From an uncultured Planctomycetia bacterium (lineage in GTDB: Bacteria > Planctomycetota > Planctomycetia > Pirellulales > S012-138), in assembly GCA_963731685.1 (NCBI GenBank), contig CAVSWR010000036.1, positions 263,191 to 327,190 of the forward strand: a stretch of 64,000 nt of DNA, given 5' to 3'. Below, piece by piece: positions 1 to 10,843 of this stretch (position 1 is the stretch's first letter; each line of letters opens with the position of its first letter). The position numbers were made by a program, and so were the translations under genes. The notes below the pieces were generated by a model. It ran no database searches. It saw nothing but the letters and a program-made list of their open reading frames with translations, and was not told the origin of the DNA.

Positions 1-1040
1 GCTGGTGGTGCTAATCTGGTCGGTGGCCGGCGTGGTTTCGGGCATGGTCGAGTCTGTCGCCGGGCTGGCCGCTAGCCGTTTGGTGCTCGGGCTGTTTGAA
101 GCCGGACACTGGCCGTGCGCCCTGCGCACGACACAGCGGACATTCCTGCCCGCCTCGCGCACCGGCGCCAACAGCATCCTGCAAAGCGGCGCCTCGATCG
201 GCGCCGTGCTCACTCCGCTGCTGGTGCTGTATGTACACCATCGGAATCCCGAGGATTGGCGGCAGTCGTTCTTCCTGGTCGGCGCTGGGCCTTCCTTGGG
301 TGATTGGCTGGCTATTGTTGGTGCGCGAAAGCGACGTGCGGCGGCCCGTGATTCAAACCGACGAAACCAGCGCCGGCGTCGGCCAGCGGCGCGAGCTGGT
401 CGAAGCGCCGCTGTGGCGCATCTTCTGCTCGCGGCGGTGGCTGTTGCTGCTGCTGACGGTCATTTGCATCAACACGGTGTGGCATTTCATCCGAGTCTGG
501 ATGACCGACTGGCTGGAGAACTTCCACGGATACAGCCATGCGTTCACCAGCGAATTCACTTCCGCGTATTTCTTCTGCACGTTCTTCGGCGCGCTGGCAT
601 CGGGAGGGTTGATCGCCTGGCTCGCTCGCCGCGGCTGGAATGTGCGTCGGGCGCGCATGGCCACGTTTTTGCTGTTCGCCGTGTTGACGGCGCTGATCAT
701 CCCGGCGGCATTCTTGCCCAAGGGAACGGCGCTGTTGGCTTGTCTGCTGGTCGTGGCCTTCGGATCGTTGGGCCTGTTCCCCGTGTACTACTCGCTGAAC
801 CAAGAACTATCCGCCAAACATCAGGGCAAGGTGGGCGGCAGCCTGGGTTTTTGCACTTGGTTTTCGTTGTCCTTTTTTCACGACGCCGTGGGCAGCTTGA
901 TCCAACAGGATCCGGCCTATCGAACCATGGTCTTTTGCATCGTGGGCGTGGCGCCGCTGTTCGCGTGCGCGGCTCTGTACCTTGGTTGGGGCACGCGGGC
1001 CGAGGCGCCCGTCGAATTGGCGCCCGCCGAAGCATCATGA
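1..1040 (+). CDS. MFS-type membrane transporter, 5' end outside window; apparent frameshift near 240-300 (reading continues from the frame of ORF 5.. into the frame of ORF 96..1040)
   Basis: Consecutive hydrophobic multi-TM translation in two frames (LVLGLFEAGHW... then LLLLLTVICINTVWHF...FLLFAVLTALIIPAAF...GVAPLFACAALYL). The overlapping 392-aa ORF 5..1183 is Arg/Ala-rich downstream of ~290 and looks like wrong-frame read-through. Confidence 0.5.
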
Positions 1041-1065
1041 GTACACGAAACTCGGAGGTATCAAC

Positions 1066-1962
1066 ATGCAGTCGATTCGGGTCGCGGCCATCAGTGTCAA
1101 TAGCCCCTTGGGCGACGTTCCCGGCGTGCTGGAAGGAATCGATCATTGGACGCGCCGCGCAGCCGACCAAGGCGCCGAATTGATCCTGTTTCCGGAACTC
1201 CAGATCCACGGACATTGCACGCCCAACACCTGGGAGCTGGCCGAGTCCGTTCCGGATGGTCCCAGCACGCGCCGCCTGATCGAGTTGGCCGAGCGGTACG
1301 GCGTTTTTCTGTCGGTGGGGTTGAGCGAAAAGGAACACGATCTCGTGTTCAACACACAAGTCGTGATCGGCCCCGACGGCTACATCGGCAAACAGCGCAA
1401 GCTGCACCTGTCGCGCGATGAAGTGCTGTTCTACAAAGGGGGCCGGGAGTTGCCGGTCTTCGATCTCGGCAAGTGCCGGGTCGGAGTCATCATTTGCTAC
1501 GACAACCAGTTCCCCGAGCCCGCGCGGATTCTGGCGCTGCGCGGGGCCGACGTGCTATTGATGCCGCACGCCGCGCGGTTGCAAATGTGGGAAGACACGG
1601 CCGAATCGATGGCCGCGGCGCGGCGGCACACGCACGATTTCTTTACCTCCTGCTACGCGCAGCGGGCTCGCGAGAACGCGTGCTTCGTCGTCTTGGCCAA
1701 TCAGGCGGGACGGGCCGGCTACGTCGACACGTATGCGCCCGATTCGCCTCAACAACCCCATCACTGCGGCGGCGCCCTGGTGTTTGCTCCCGACGGCGAA
1801 CGCATCGCCTGCACGCAGCCGGAGGTGATTCGCGACGAGATGATCGTGACCGATCTCGACGCGGCGCGGCTGGCCGCCGAGCGAAGCCTGCCCAACTATA
1901 CCCTGAAGACCCGCCGGCCCGAGCTGTATGGCGAACTGGTGAAAGAGCAGGTCACCTGGTGA
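1066..1962 (+). CDS. Carbon-nitrogen hydrolase (nitrilase/amidase superfamily)
   Basis: GGAGG 8 nt upstream of ATG at 1066. Family motifs: ELILFPEL (catalytic Glu region), KQRKLHL (Lys), VGVIICYDNQFPE (Cys). The longer ORF from 982 has an Arg-rich leader that is unlikely to be coding. Confidence 0.8.
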   Translation: MQSIRVAAISVNSPLGDVPGVLEGIDHWTRRAADQGAELILFPELQIHGHCTPNTWELAESVPDGPSTRRLIELAERYGVFLSVGLSEKEHDLVFNTQVVIGPDGYIGKQRKLHLSRDEVLFYKGGRELPVFDLGKCRVGVIICYDNQFPEPARILALRGADVLLMPHAARLQMWEDTAESMAAARRHTHDFFTSCYAQRARENACFVVLANQAGRAGYVDTYAPDSPQQPHHCGGALVFAPDGERIACTQPEVIRDEMIVTDLDAARLAAERSLPNYTLKTRRPELYGELVKEQVTW

Positions 1963-2154
1963 GCCACGCAAAGTAACCGTCCGAAGTAACCACCCGACGT
2001 GTTTGGAGAATCGCGCCGTCATCGCAGATCGCTCAAGTGCGCCGGCTCGCTCTATGAACGATGGCCGGCTTTTGCTCCCAACTTGCGCGGCGCGACGTTA
2101 TACTGTGTGTTTTGCACATACTATTTTGCCGCCGCGTGTACGAGCAGATTCAAA

Positions 2155-4535
2155 GTGAGCAAAGCATTCCCCATTCGACGTCTGGCGCTGGTTATCGCGT
2201 TGGTCGGCGTCGCACAAGCCACCGCCGCCCGGCAAGTTTTGGCCGATCCCGCGGCGACCGAGGCATTGGCGCCGTTTTTGAAATCGCACTGCACCGAGTG
2301 TCACTCCGGCCAGGAGCCCTCTGGTGGATTGGATCTCTCGCGGCTCAATAGCGATCTGGAAGACGCGGAGTCGCTACGGCGTTGGGTGCGAATCCACGAT
2401 CGCGTGGCTGAAGGGGCGATGCCGCCCAAAGACGCGCCGCGCCCCGACGAACAGGCCCGCCGGCGGTTCCTCTCGTCGTTGAGCGACGCGCTCACGCGCA
2501 CGACGCGGCGTTGCGGCACACGGTTCTGCGGCGGTTGAACCGCGTCGAATATGAGAACACGATTTGCGACCTGTTTGATATTCGCGTCGCCGTCAAGGAC
2601 ATGTTGCCCGAAGATCCCACCGCGCACGGCTTCGACAACATTGGCGACGCTTTGGCGCTTTCGCCCGAGCAAATGGAGGTTTATCTCCAGGCGGCCGACA
2701 GGGCGCTGGACCAGGTCTTCGGCGGCGAGCGGGCGCCGAAGCGCGTACACGCCCGGATGCCGTTGGGACGCGACCCTTTCGCCAGCCGCTCGATCGGGCG
2801 ACTGTTCGTGAAGACCGCGGATGACTCTCTGGTGGCATTCCAAGGTTACTGGTGCCCTACCGTCTTCAATAGTGGACAGGCCACCGTCGATGGCATGTAT
2901 CGCGTGCGGATTCACGCCAAGACCTACCAGACCGACAAGCCGCTGGTGATGGCCGTCTACGGCGGCGATGTGATCGTGGGCCGCAGGCCGTCGCACTTGG
3001 TTGGCTATTACGACATCGCGCCGGGCGACGATTGGACGATCGTCGAGTTCGAAGACTTTCTGGAAGCCCGCGGCGCGTATCAGATGAAGCCCTACAACCT
3101 GCACGCGCCGACGCAGGGCGACAAGCGCTTCAAAGGCCCGGGGCTGGTGATTGGCGAGGTTGAAGTGGTCGGGCCGCTGGAATCCTGGCCGCCGCGCAGC
3201 CGGGGCAAACTGCTGGGGCAGATCGATCCGGCCAAAGCGACCATCGACGACGCCCGCGACGTTTTCCAGCGTCTCTTGCCGCGGGCCTTTCGCCGCGCCG
3301 CGAAAAAAGAAGAAGTCGAATCCTACGTGGCGATCACCAGCGAAGCGCTTGGGAATGGTAGGCCGTTTATCGAGGCGCTGCGCGTGGGATTGCAAGCGGC
3401 GCTCTGCTCGCCGGAGTTTCTGTTTCGCGAAGAGCCGATCGATCCCTCGGCCGGGAGCAATTCGCAGGCCATCTCACAAGATGCGCTGGCCTCGCGGCTG
3501 TCTTACTTCTTGTGGAGCTCGCTGCCCGATAAGGAGTTGCTCGCGCTGTCCGCGGCGGGCCGTCTCGGCGAAGCGGGCGAACTGCGCCGGCAGGTCGAGC
3601 GTATGCTGCAAGACCCCAAGTCGGAGCGCTTTGTCGAAAACTTCACCGGCCAGTGGCTCGATCTTCGCGAAATCGATTTCACCGAGCCCGACAAACGCCA
3701 GTATCCCGAGTTTGATGAAATGCTCCGCTACGCGATGCTGCAAGAGACGCACGGCTTTTTTCGCGAGGTGCTCAAGAACGATTTGCCGGTCACCGACTTC
3801 GTCGACTCCGATTGGGCCCTACTCAACGAACGGCTGGCTGCGCACTATGGCATCGAAGGCGTGACGGGGCAGAAGTTCCGCCGCGTCGCCTTGCCGGCCG
3901 ATAGCGTCCGCGGCGGTGTGATGACCCAGGCCAGCGTTTTGAAGGTGACGGCCAACGGCACCAATACGTCGCCGGTGGTCCGCGGAGTGTGGGTGCTGGA
4001 GAACATCATGGGCCACATGGTCCAGCCGCCGCCGCCGGGCATTGCGGCCATCGAGCCGGACATCCGCGGCGCGACGACCATTCGCGAGCAACTGCGAAAA
4101 CACCGCAACGTCGATTCGTGCGCGTCGTGCCACAGCCACATCGACCCGCCGGGCTTTGCTCTGGAGAGCTTCGACGCGATTGGCGGTTGGCGCGACTGGT
4201 ATCGCAGCCTCGGCGAGGGGGAAAGGGTCAATTTGGAGATCAACCGGCGGCGTGTGCAGTATCGCCGCGGACCCGACGTGGACCCCAGCGGCGCCCTGGC
4301 CAACGGGCGGGAATTCGCCGATATACGGGAACTGAAGAAGTTGTTGCTGGCCGATCCCCGACAGATTACTCGCGGCCTGACCGAAAAGCTGCTCGTTTAC
4401 GCCACGGGGCGAGGCCTCGGCTTCTCCGACCGGCCGTCGGTCGCCGGCATTGTGGATAAAGCCGGCAAACGGCACAATGGATTCCGCTCGCTGATACATG
4501 AAGTCGTGCAGAGTGACACGTTTCGCAACAAGTAA
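2155..4535 (+). CDS. Planctomycete PSD-family protein (DUF1587/DUF1592/DUF1595/DUF1588-type, haem-binding CxxCH-like N-terminus); apparent frameshift ~2485-2510
   Basis: GTG start followed by a signal peptide (VSKAFPIRRLALVIALVGVAQA). HCTECH motif. RRLNRVEYENT, FTGQWLDLREI and CASCH motifs typical of the family. The N-terminal 120 aa are in the frame of ORF 1999..2538, the rest in the frame of 2511..4535. Confidence 0.7.
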
Positions 4536-4550
4536 CTGAAAGCTGGCGCC

Positions 4551-5819
4551 ATGGCCAAACTCGATCGCAGAACGTTCCTTCGCGGCGCCGGCGTCGCGAT
4601 TTCTCTCCCGATGCTGGAAGCGATGGCGCCTGCGGTGGCCAACGCCGCATCGCCTAATCTGAAGGGTCCGCGGCGCCGCATGGTGTTTGTCGATTTAGGG
4701 TTCGGCCTGCACGCTCCCAACCTGTTCCCCACCAAGGCGGGGCGAGACTACGAACCGACTGCGTATCTGGACGTGCTGGGCGACTTCCGCGACGACTTCA
4801 CCATCATGTCCGGCGTGTCGCATCCTGACGTCGACGGCGGCCATCACGCCGCAAAGTCGTTTCTGACGGCCGCCCCCAAGCCGACCAGCGCCAACTTCAA
4901 GAACACCATCTCCATCGATCAATTGGCGGCCGAGCAGATTGGACTGGAAACCCGTTTCGCTTCGTTGACGCTGAGCCTCTCATCCGGCCGCGGCTTGTCG
5001 TATTCGCGTAGCGGCGCCGAAATTCCCTCGGAGAGCCGGCCGTCGAAGTTGTTTGCCCGTCTGTTTCTGGAAGGCAAAGCGGACGAAAAACGGCGGCAGA
5101 TGCAGCGGCTGCGCGACGGTCAAAGCATCATGGACTCGGTGCTGGACAACGCCCGCAGGATGCAGCGCCGGCTGGGCGCGAAAGACCGCGACAAGCTCGA
5201 CCAATACTTCTCATCCGTGCGGGCCACCGAGCAGCGGCTAGCCAAGGCCGAGGCGTGGGAACATCGCCCCAAACCGCACGTCGAGGCAAAACCCCCGCAG
5301 GACATCACCAACACGGCCGACGTGATTGGCCGGGTGCAGTTGATGTTCGACATGACGCACTTGGCGCTGCAGACCGATTCGACCCGGCTGGTCACGCTCT
5401 ACAACCCGGGCGTCAACGCCGTTCCGCCGATCCCCGGCGTCACGCAAGATTACCACAATTTGTCGCACCACGGCCGCGACGAGGAGCGTTTGGCCCAACT
5501 CAAAATTGTCGAGATCCGGCAGATGAAGGTTCTGGCCGAATTCCTCGGCAAGCTCCGCGAAACGCCGGAGGACGGCGGCTCGCTACTGGACCATACGATG
5601 GTCATATTCGGCTCCGACCTGGGAAACGGCAGCAGCCACGACAACCACAATTTGCCCATCATCTTGGCCGGGGGCGGATTCCGCCACGGTCAGCATCTGG
5701 CCTTCGACCGCGATCACAACTACCCGCTGCCAAACCTCTACGTGTCGATGCTTCAGCAACTCGGGCTGGAGGTCGATCAATTCGCCTCCAGCACCGGCAC
5801 AATGACCGGCCTGATCTAG
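4551..5819 (+). CDS. DUF1501 family protein (sulfatase-like fold, Tat signal)
   Basis: N-terminal RRTFLRGAGVAISLPMLEA twin-arginine signal. It sits immediately 3' of a PSD-family gene, the canonical Planctomycete pairing. Confidence 0.85.
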   Translation: MAKLDRRTFLRGAGVAISLPMLEAMAPAVANAASPNLKGPRRRMVFVDLGFGLHAPNLFPTKAGRDYEPTAYLDVLGDFRDDFTIMSGVSHPDVDGGHHAAKSFLTAAPKPTSANFKNTISIDQLAAEQIGLETRFASLTLSLSSGRGLSYSRSGAEIPSESRPSKLFARLFLEGKADEKRRQMQRLRDGQSIMDSVLDNARRMQRRLGAKDRDKLDQYFSSVRATEQRLAKAEAWEHRPKPHVEAKPPQDITNTADVIGRVQLMFDMTHLALQTDSTRLVTLYNPGVNAVPPIPGVTQDYHNLSHHGRDEERLAQLKIVEIRQMKVLAEFLGKLRETPEDGGSLLDHTMVIFGSDLGNGSSHDNHNLPIILAGGGFRHGQHLAFDRDHNYPLPNLYVSMLQQLGLEVDQFASSTGTMTGLI

Positions 5820-5830
5820 CCGCATGACCC

Positions 5831-7042
5831 ATGGGATTCTACGAAGACCTTGGCGTGGCGCCCATCATCAACGCCTCGGGCACGGTTACGCGGTTGGGCG
5901 GCGCGCCGCTTCCCGCGGCAGCGCTGGACGCGTTTTGTGAAGCCGCGGGGCAAACGGCGCCGCTGGATCAGTTGCAAGCTGCGGCCTCGCGCCGCATTGC
6001 CCAACACACGGGCGCCGAGGCCGGCCTGGTCACCTCCGGCTCGGCGGCCGCGCTCACCCTTGGCGCCGCCGCGATTCTCGCACGGCTCGATCTGGGAAAG
6101 ATGGAACGGTTGCCGCATTGCGCCGGCTTTCCCCACGAGATGCTCATCGCCCGCGAACAGCGCAGCGGTTACGATCACGCCGTTCGCGCCGCGGGAGCGT
6201 GCTTGATGGAGGTGGGGTTCAATGAGATTGTGGCGGGCGCCGGCGTGCGGCGCACGGAAGCCTGGGAGTTCGAAGCGGCCATCACGCCGCAAACAGTCGG
6301 CGTGGTCTACGTGTTTTCTCCCGACTCGCGACCGCCGTTGGAGACACTTGTCGAGCGGGCCCACGCCCACAACTTGCCGGTGTTGGTCGACGCGGCCGGC
6401 GAGCTGCCGCCACGGCGCCATCTCAAGTCGATCGCGGCCACCGGGGCCGACCTGGTGTGCTTTAGCGGCGGCAAGGCGATCCGCGGCCCTCAATCCACCG
6501 GCATCCTCTGCGGACGCCGCGAACTGGTTTGCTCAGCGGCCTTGCAAATGCTCGACATGGACGATCACTTCGAGCTTTGGGATCCGCCGGCGGAACTGTT
6601 CGACAAGGGCTCGTTGCCCGGCATTCCGCGGCATGGCATTGGCCGGCCGATGAAGGTTTCCAAAGAGGAGATTGCGGCGTTGCTGGCGGCGCTTGATCTA
6701 TTCGCCTCCGGAGCGTACGACGCCGATTTGCCCGTCTTTCGCGGCTGGTTGGAGACAATCGCCGCGTCGCTGCGCGACTCGCACGCCACGTGCCGCATGA
6801 TCGAACCGCCCGATGGGGAAAGCCCCGCTTGGCTGGAGATTACCATCGACCAACAAGCCGCCGGGCGATCGGCGTTGGAAATCTGTCGCGCCCTGCGCCA
6901 AGGACGCCCGCCGATCTATGTTGGGCATGGCCGCCTGGCCGAGGGCCAACTGGTGATTCGCCCGCTGTGCTTGAGCGATAAGCATACGACAATCTTGGCG
7001 CGGCGGTTGCGGGAAGAGATCGGCCCCAGAACAGATGGTTGA
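5831..7042 (+). CDS. SelA-like PLP-dependent enzyme (L-seryl-tRNA(Sec) selenium transferase / DgaE-like family)
   Basis: Family-like layout with the putative PLP-Lys motif FSGGKAIRGPQSTGIL. Confidence 0.65.
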   Translation: MGFYEDLGVAPIINASGTVTRLGGAPLPAAALDAFCEAAGQTAPLDQLQAAASRRIAQHTGAEAGLVTSGSAAALTLGAAAILARLDLGKMERLPHCAGFPHEMLIAREQRSGYDHAVRAAGACLMEVGFNEIVAGAGVRRTEAWEFEAAITPQTVGVVYVFSPDSRPPLETLVERAHAHNLPVLVDAAGELPPRRHLKSIAATGADLVCFSGGKAIRGPQSTGILCGRRELVCSAALQMLDMDDHFELWDPPAELFDKGSLPGIPRHGIGRPMKVSKEEIAALLAALDLFASGAYDADLPVFRGWLETIAASLRDSHATCRMIEPPDGESPAWLEITIDQQAAGRSALEICRALRQGRPPIYVGHGRLAEGQLVIRPLCLSDKHTTILARRLREEIGPRTDG

Positions 7043-7100
7043 GTTGGATACGGAACGTTGACTCGCGGTTTGAAAGTCGATAAGCGACGGCGAAACTGCC

Positions 7101-8264
7101 TTGTTTGTTGGAGTGCCCCATGAGTGCACAACTTCGAGTTATTTGATTGCGTTGGCGGCGATCGTCATTTTCGGCTTCGGCGCCAAGTCGGTTTGCGCAG
7201 ACGAACCGATTGTTTTCATTTCGGCCTTCGCCAGCGGCGACAAGGGCGCCATCCACGCTTATCGTTTGGATACGGAAACCGGCGCCCTGCAACTGACGAG
7301 CCGCACGACCGATGCGGAGAATCCGTTCTTCATGGCGCTTTCGCCGGACGGCAAGTCGCTGTATGCGATTCACGCCAAGTCGTTTGGCGGAAAAGAGCCC
7401 GAGCAGGTGGCGGCGTATCGCATTGAAGACGGAACCGGCCGATTGAAACTGCTGAACCGCCAGTCGTCTCGCGGTTCCGCGTCATGCTCGCTCGACGTTG
7501 ACGCGACGGGCAAAACCCTGCTGGTGGCCAACTATTCGACCGGCAGCGTGGCCGCGCTGCCGGTTCGGGAAGACGGTTCGCTAGGGCCGGCCGCTTCGTT
7601 CGTGCAGCATACCGGGTCGAGCGTCGATACGACGCGCCAGCAAGGGCCGCACGCCCATTGCATTCTGGCCAGCCCGGATAACCGATTTGTTCTCGTGGCC
7701 GACCTGGGGCTCGACAAGTTGTTGAACTATCGCCTGGACGCCGCGACAGCGAAGCTTTCACCCAACCGCCAGCCGTTTGTGCGAACGGCGCCTGGCGCGG
7801 GGCCACGGCATTTGACGTTCCATCCCAACGGCAAGCACATCTATGCAATCAACGAGATGGAAAACTCGGTCACGCTATTCGACTACGACCCGGAGTCGGG
7901 CTTCCTGATCGAACGACAAAGCGTCTCGACGTTACCCGAGGGATTCGACGGCAAGAGCTATTGCGCGGACCTGAAGATCACACCCGACGGGCGATTCCTC
8001 TATGGCACGAACCGCGGACACGACAGCATCGCCGCGTTTCGGCTTGGCGAGGACGGCCGATTGACGCCGATCGGCATCGAACCGAGTCTGGGCAAAGGCC
8101 CGCAAAACCTGGCGATCGTCGCCGACGGCGCGTTGTTGCTCTGCGCGAACATGCCCGGCGACAACGTGGCGGTGTTTCGCATCGACGGCCAAACCGGCGC
8201 TTTGAAGGCGGTTGGCGAGCCGGTTTCAATGCCCAAGCCTTCCTGCATCATGCCGCTTAGGTAA
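7101..8264 (+). CDS. Lactonase, 7-bladed beta-propeller (6-phosphogluconolactonase-like), secreted
   Basis: N-terminal signal. Repeated propeller blades (HAYRLD..., VANYSTGSVAALPV, HAHCILASPDNRFVLVADLGLDKL, HLTFHPNGKHIYAINEMENSV) typical of PF10282. Confidence 0.7.
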   Translation: MFVGVPHECTTSSYLIALAAIVIFGFGAKSVCADEPIVFISAFASGDKGAIHAYRLDTETGALQLTSRTTDAENPFFMALSPDGKSLYAIHAKSFGGKEPEQVAAYRIEDGTGRLKLLNRQSSRGSASCSLDVDATGKTLLVANYSTGSVAALPVREDGSLGPAASFVQHTGSSVDTTRQQGPHAHCILASPDNRFVLVADLGLDKLLNYRLDAATAKLSPNRQPFVRTAPGAGPRHLTFHPNGKHIYAINEMENSVTLFDYDPESGFLIERQSVSTLPEGFDGKSYCADLKITPDGRFLYGTNRGHDSIAAFRLGEDGRLTPIGIEPSLGKGPQNLAIVADGALLLCANMPGDNVAVFRIDGQTGALKAVGEPVSMPKPSCIMPLR

Positions 8265-8370
8265 TCGCGGGGCGCGGCCGAAGGCAAACGCTCGAAAGTG
8301 GTCGACGCCGGTAGCCGCCCCTTTCGCGAACGCCGAACTTCGGACATACCGAAGGCCTCGCTTCGGGCGG

Positions 8371-8571
8371 TCAATCGGGCCGGCGAGAGGTAGACCGCGC
8401 GGCCGAGGCGCGCCCATGAGGCCCTCGTCCCGGCATTTCAAACGAGCGCAGCGCGGATTTGAAGTTGGGAACCAATCCCATCAGTGCGTTCCACTCACTA
8501 AGTTGCTCGTCGCTCAATTCATCCGGTCGATCTTGACAAATACGCTGTGCCTTGTCGTGGCAAGCTTGCAC
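8371..8571 (-). CDS. Small hypothetical ORF in low-GC islet
   Basis: The first ~45 aa are protein-like (MQACHDKAQRICQDRPDELSDEQLSEWNALMGLVPNFKSA). The tail runs into high-GC sequence and is probably not coding. Confidence 0.25.
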   Translation of the reverse strand: MQACHDKAQRICQDRPDELSDEQLSEWNALMGLVPNFKSALRSFEMPGRGPHGRASAARSTSRRPD

Positions 8572-8587
8572 CGCCGATTCGAATAAA

Positions 8588-8893
8588 TCACAGATGCCCT
8601 TTCACATGCCGGCAAATCGCCATCTGGTGTTGGTTACGCAGCCGGTCGATCGCGCTCGAAAGCTCAGTGGCAATGTATTGCAACATTATCGCCGCGTTCC
8701 ACAATTCATCACTGGCCGAAGCGCATTGCCGCTTCATCTGCTGGTCGACGTCGCTGGCGCCAAGTCTGGTGACGTCGGCCATGGCGCAGCACATAGCGGT
8801 CGTCACCTGCCAGTTTATCCAGATAGTGATCTCCGCTGGGCGACAGAGCCAACTGATCTTCGCTCTCTGATTGGATTTCATCGTTCTGCCCAT
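8588..8893 (-). CDS. Small hypothetical ORF overlapping the 3' end of the NTPase gene; may be the true NTPase C-terminus after a frameshift
   Basis: Protein-like helix-rich translation (…ELWNAAIMLQYIATELSSAIDRLRNQHQMAI…) in a ~48% GC region. It overlaps 8709-8893 in a different frame from the NTPase. Confidence 0.25.
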   Translation of the reverse strand: MGRTMKSNQRAKISWLCRPAEITIWINWQVTTAMCCAMADVTRLGASDVDQQMKRQCASASDELWNAAIMLQYIATELSSAIDRLRNQHQMAICRHVKGHL

Positions 8894-10298
8894 TGAACCG
8901 TCCGACCGTACGAAGCAAACGTCGCTGCATGAGACGCGTAACGCTCAGACGAACGCCGGCCGTGTGGTATCCCAACATCTCGAGTTCGCTCGCCAAACGG
9001 TCGAACGTAATACCGCGCTCCTGGGTCAAGCTGCGCATCGTCTGCAGAATGCAAGCATTGAGGAACCGGCCCAAGGGCTGCGCACATTCGGCGTCGAACA
9101 GGTTGATGAAACTCCCCCCGGAGTCTTCGGTTTGCCGGTGGTGGCGATAGGCGCCGCGGAAACAGGCCATGACCATCTCGTCTTCGTTCCAGGGCTGGCC
9201 GGCCAATCGCCTCTCGATCTGGGAGCAATAATGACCCGAGCGCAACAGGTCTGCAACGTCGTCAAGCACAGCGCGCAAGTCGCCGCAATGAATGCGGCAA
9301 AGCATGTCGTAAAGCGACGGGAATTCGCCCCACGATTCGGCGACCACCTGGTAAAGCGACTCGAGGAATTCGTTGCGGCCGGCCTCAGGCGCCCAACTAA
9401 GGTTGAGATCTTCGCCGTGTTCGAACCGCCGCCAAATGTCCTTCGCGGCGTCCATGCTGCGCACCACTTCGGCCCGCAATCGAAGCACCTCGGTGATCAA
9501 CGGCGGCGCCACGGTGACGCAAACCGGATCGGTCAGGGCCGTTGCGCCGACGGAATTCGGCCGCGCTGCGACGGTCACTGTCAAGTCGGGTGTCGCCAAC
9601 GACGAGGCGTATTCAATGGCAAATCGTTGAATGTCGGCGCCTAGGCAATCCAGGTTGTCGAGAACGATCCAGCCTTGCACACCCTGCTGCGCCATGTCGG
9701 CCGCAACGCTTTCCAGGACATCGGCAAACTCGCGTTCACTCAGGCTGCGGACGCTTTTGAGGGGAATTTGGCTGCCGCGAGTTTCCATGCCGCGCCGGCG
9801 GTGCATTCGAGTGGCGCTTTCGTACAGCCCTTCGCGAATCGACTGCTTGATGAAATCTTGCGCCGACTGGCCGGCCGAACGCGCGGCAATTGCCTGTCCG
9901 TCGAGACGATAGAAATAGCTCGAACTGGCGCGGAATTCTTGCGAGAAAAAACGCAGCATCCAGGTTGTCTTGCCAATGCCCTGGTCGCCTATGAGCAAGA
10001 CGGGACGCAGCGCGGCGTCGGTGGAATCGCCGGCCGTGCGGCGGCCGCGCAATTCACGCAGGTTGTGTTGTTGGGCCTCTGGCTTTGTCTCCAGCCGTAG
10101 CACGGCGGACAACGTTAAACCCGGATACCGTCGTTTGGAGACGGCCGCTTCGAGCTCGCAGTACGCTTCCTGCGCAACAACGTCGGGCGGAAGGCTCAGC
10201 GACAGCAAGAACGGTTCGATCACCTGCCGCCAACCCTCGTCGACGGGACACGTGTCTTCCGCCTCGGGAATGATGTCGATCAAGCGCTTTTGGTTCAT
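8709..10298 (-). CDS. Orphan P-loop NTPase (AAA/STAND-like), low-GC
   Basis: GGAGGG RBS then ATG at 10298. Walker A LLIGDQGIGKTTWML and Walker B-like GWIVLDNLDCLG. Local GC ~50-55% versus ~65% in flanking genes. Confidence 0.65.
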   Translation of the reverse strand: MNQKRLIDIIPEAEDTCPVDEGWRQVIEPFLLSLSLPPDVVAQEAYCELEAAVSKRRYPGLTLSAVLRLETKPEAQQHNLRELRGRRTAGDSTDAALRPVLLIGDQGIGKTTWMLRFFSQEFRASSSYFYRLDGQAIAARSAGQSAQDFIKQSIREGLYESATRMHRRRGMETRGSQIPLKSVRSLSEREFADVLESVAADMAQQGVQGWIVLDNLDCLGADIQRFAIEYASSLATPDLTVTVAARPNSVGATALTDPVCVTVAPPLITEVLRLRAEVVRSMDAAKDIWRRFEHGEDLNLSWAPEAGRNEFLESLYQVVAESWGEFPSLYDMLCRIHCGDLRAVLDDVADLLRSGHYCSQIERRLAGQPWNEDEMVMACFRGAYRHHRQTEDSGGSFINLFDAECAQPLGRFLNACILQTMRSLTQERGITFDRLASELEMLGYHTAGVRLSVTRLMQRRLLRTVGRFNGQNDEIQSESEDQLALSPSGDHYLDKLAGDDRYVLRHGRRHQTWRQRRRPADEAAMRFGQ

Positions 10299-10843
10299 TG
10301 GCTTCCCTCCCTCCCACGCGCTCGTTTTGGCTTTCGCAAGGCGCCCAAGTTGGCCGGCCCAGGAGGCGCCGAGGTTGCGTGCAATCAATGCCGCACAGGA
10401 ATGCTTACAAGGGGCGTCGCCGTGGGCAATCGCAACGACTCGGTTGATTCACTACCTCGTTCGATCTCCGGGTTTTCCAATAGTCTCGCTCCACCCGCAT
10501 CCCACAGCGATGATCCGGGGCCGGCGCGCCATGGTGTTGCCAATGCGTCCGTCGGCGCACCCCGGCATCGATGGCCCTATTCAGAAAAAAGCCCGAAACC
10601 GGCGCCAAGCCTGCCCACAAGGCGACGGATTTCGGGCCTTCGGACGCTAAAAGGTTGTTCCCGCAATAATGAATATCGAAATCGAAAGGAGAAACCGGCC
10701 CCGGGGTTGGAGATAATTTCTAAGGATTAGCGACAACCCGGCGGATGGCAGGCCACGTAGCGACTCCACGGCATGCTGCCCTGCTCCCAGGCTTCGCAGA
10801 ATACGCAAACCTCCATGCTGGCGGCGGGGCCGTCGCGTGGATT

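Noticed and set aside
5-1183. 392-aa ORF spanning the start of the window
   Set aside because: After ~aa 95 it is Arg/Ala-rich with no hydrophobic periodicity. The MFS-like reading continues instead in the frame of ORF 96..1040, so the long ORF is a GC-driven open frame.
10290-10730. 146-aa plus-strand ORF in the NTPase/nfi intergenic region
   Set aside because: Pro/Arg/Ser-rich composition and overlap with the palindromic regulatory region. No start context.
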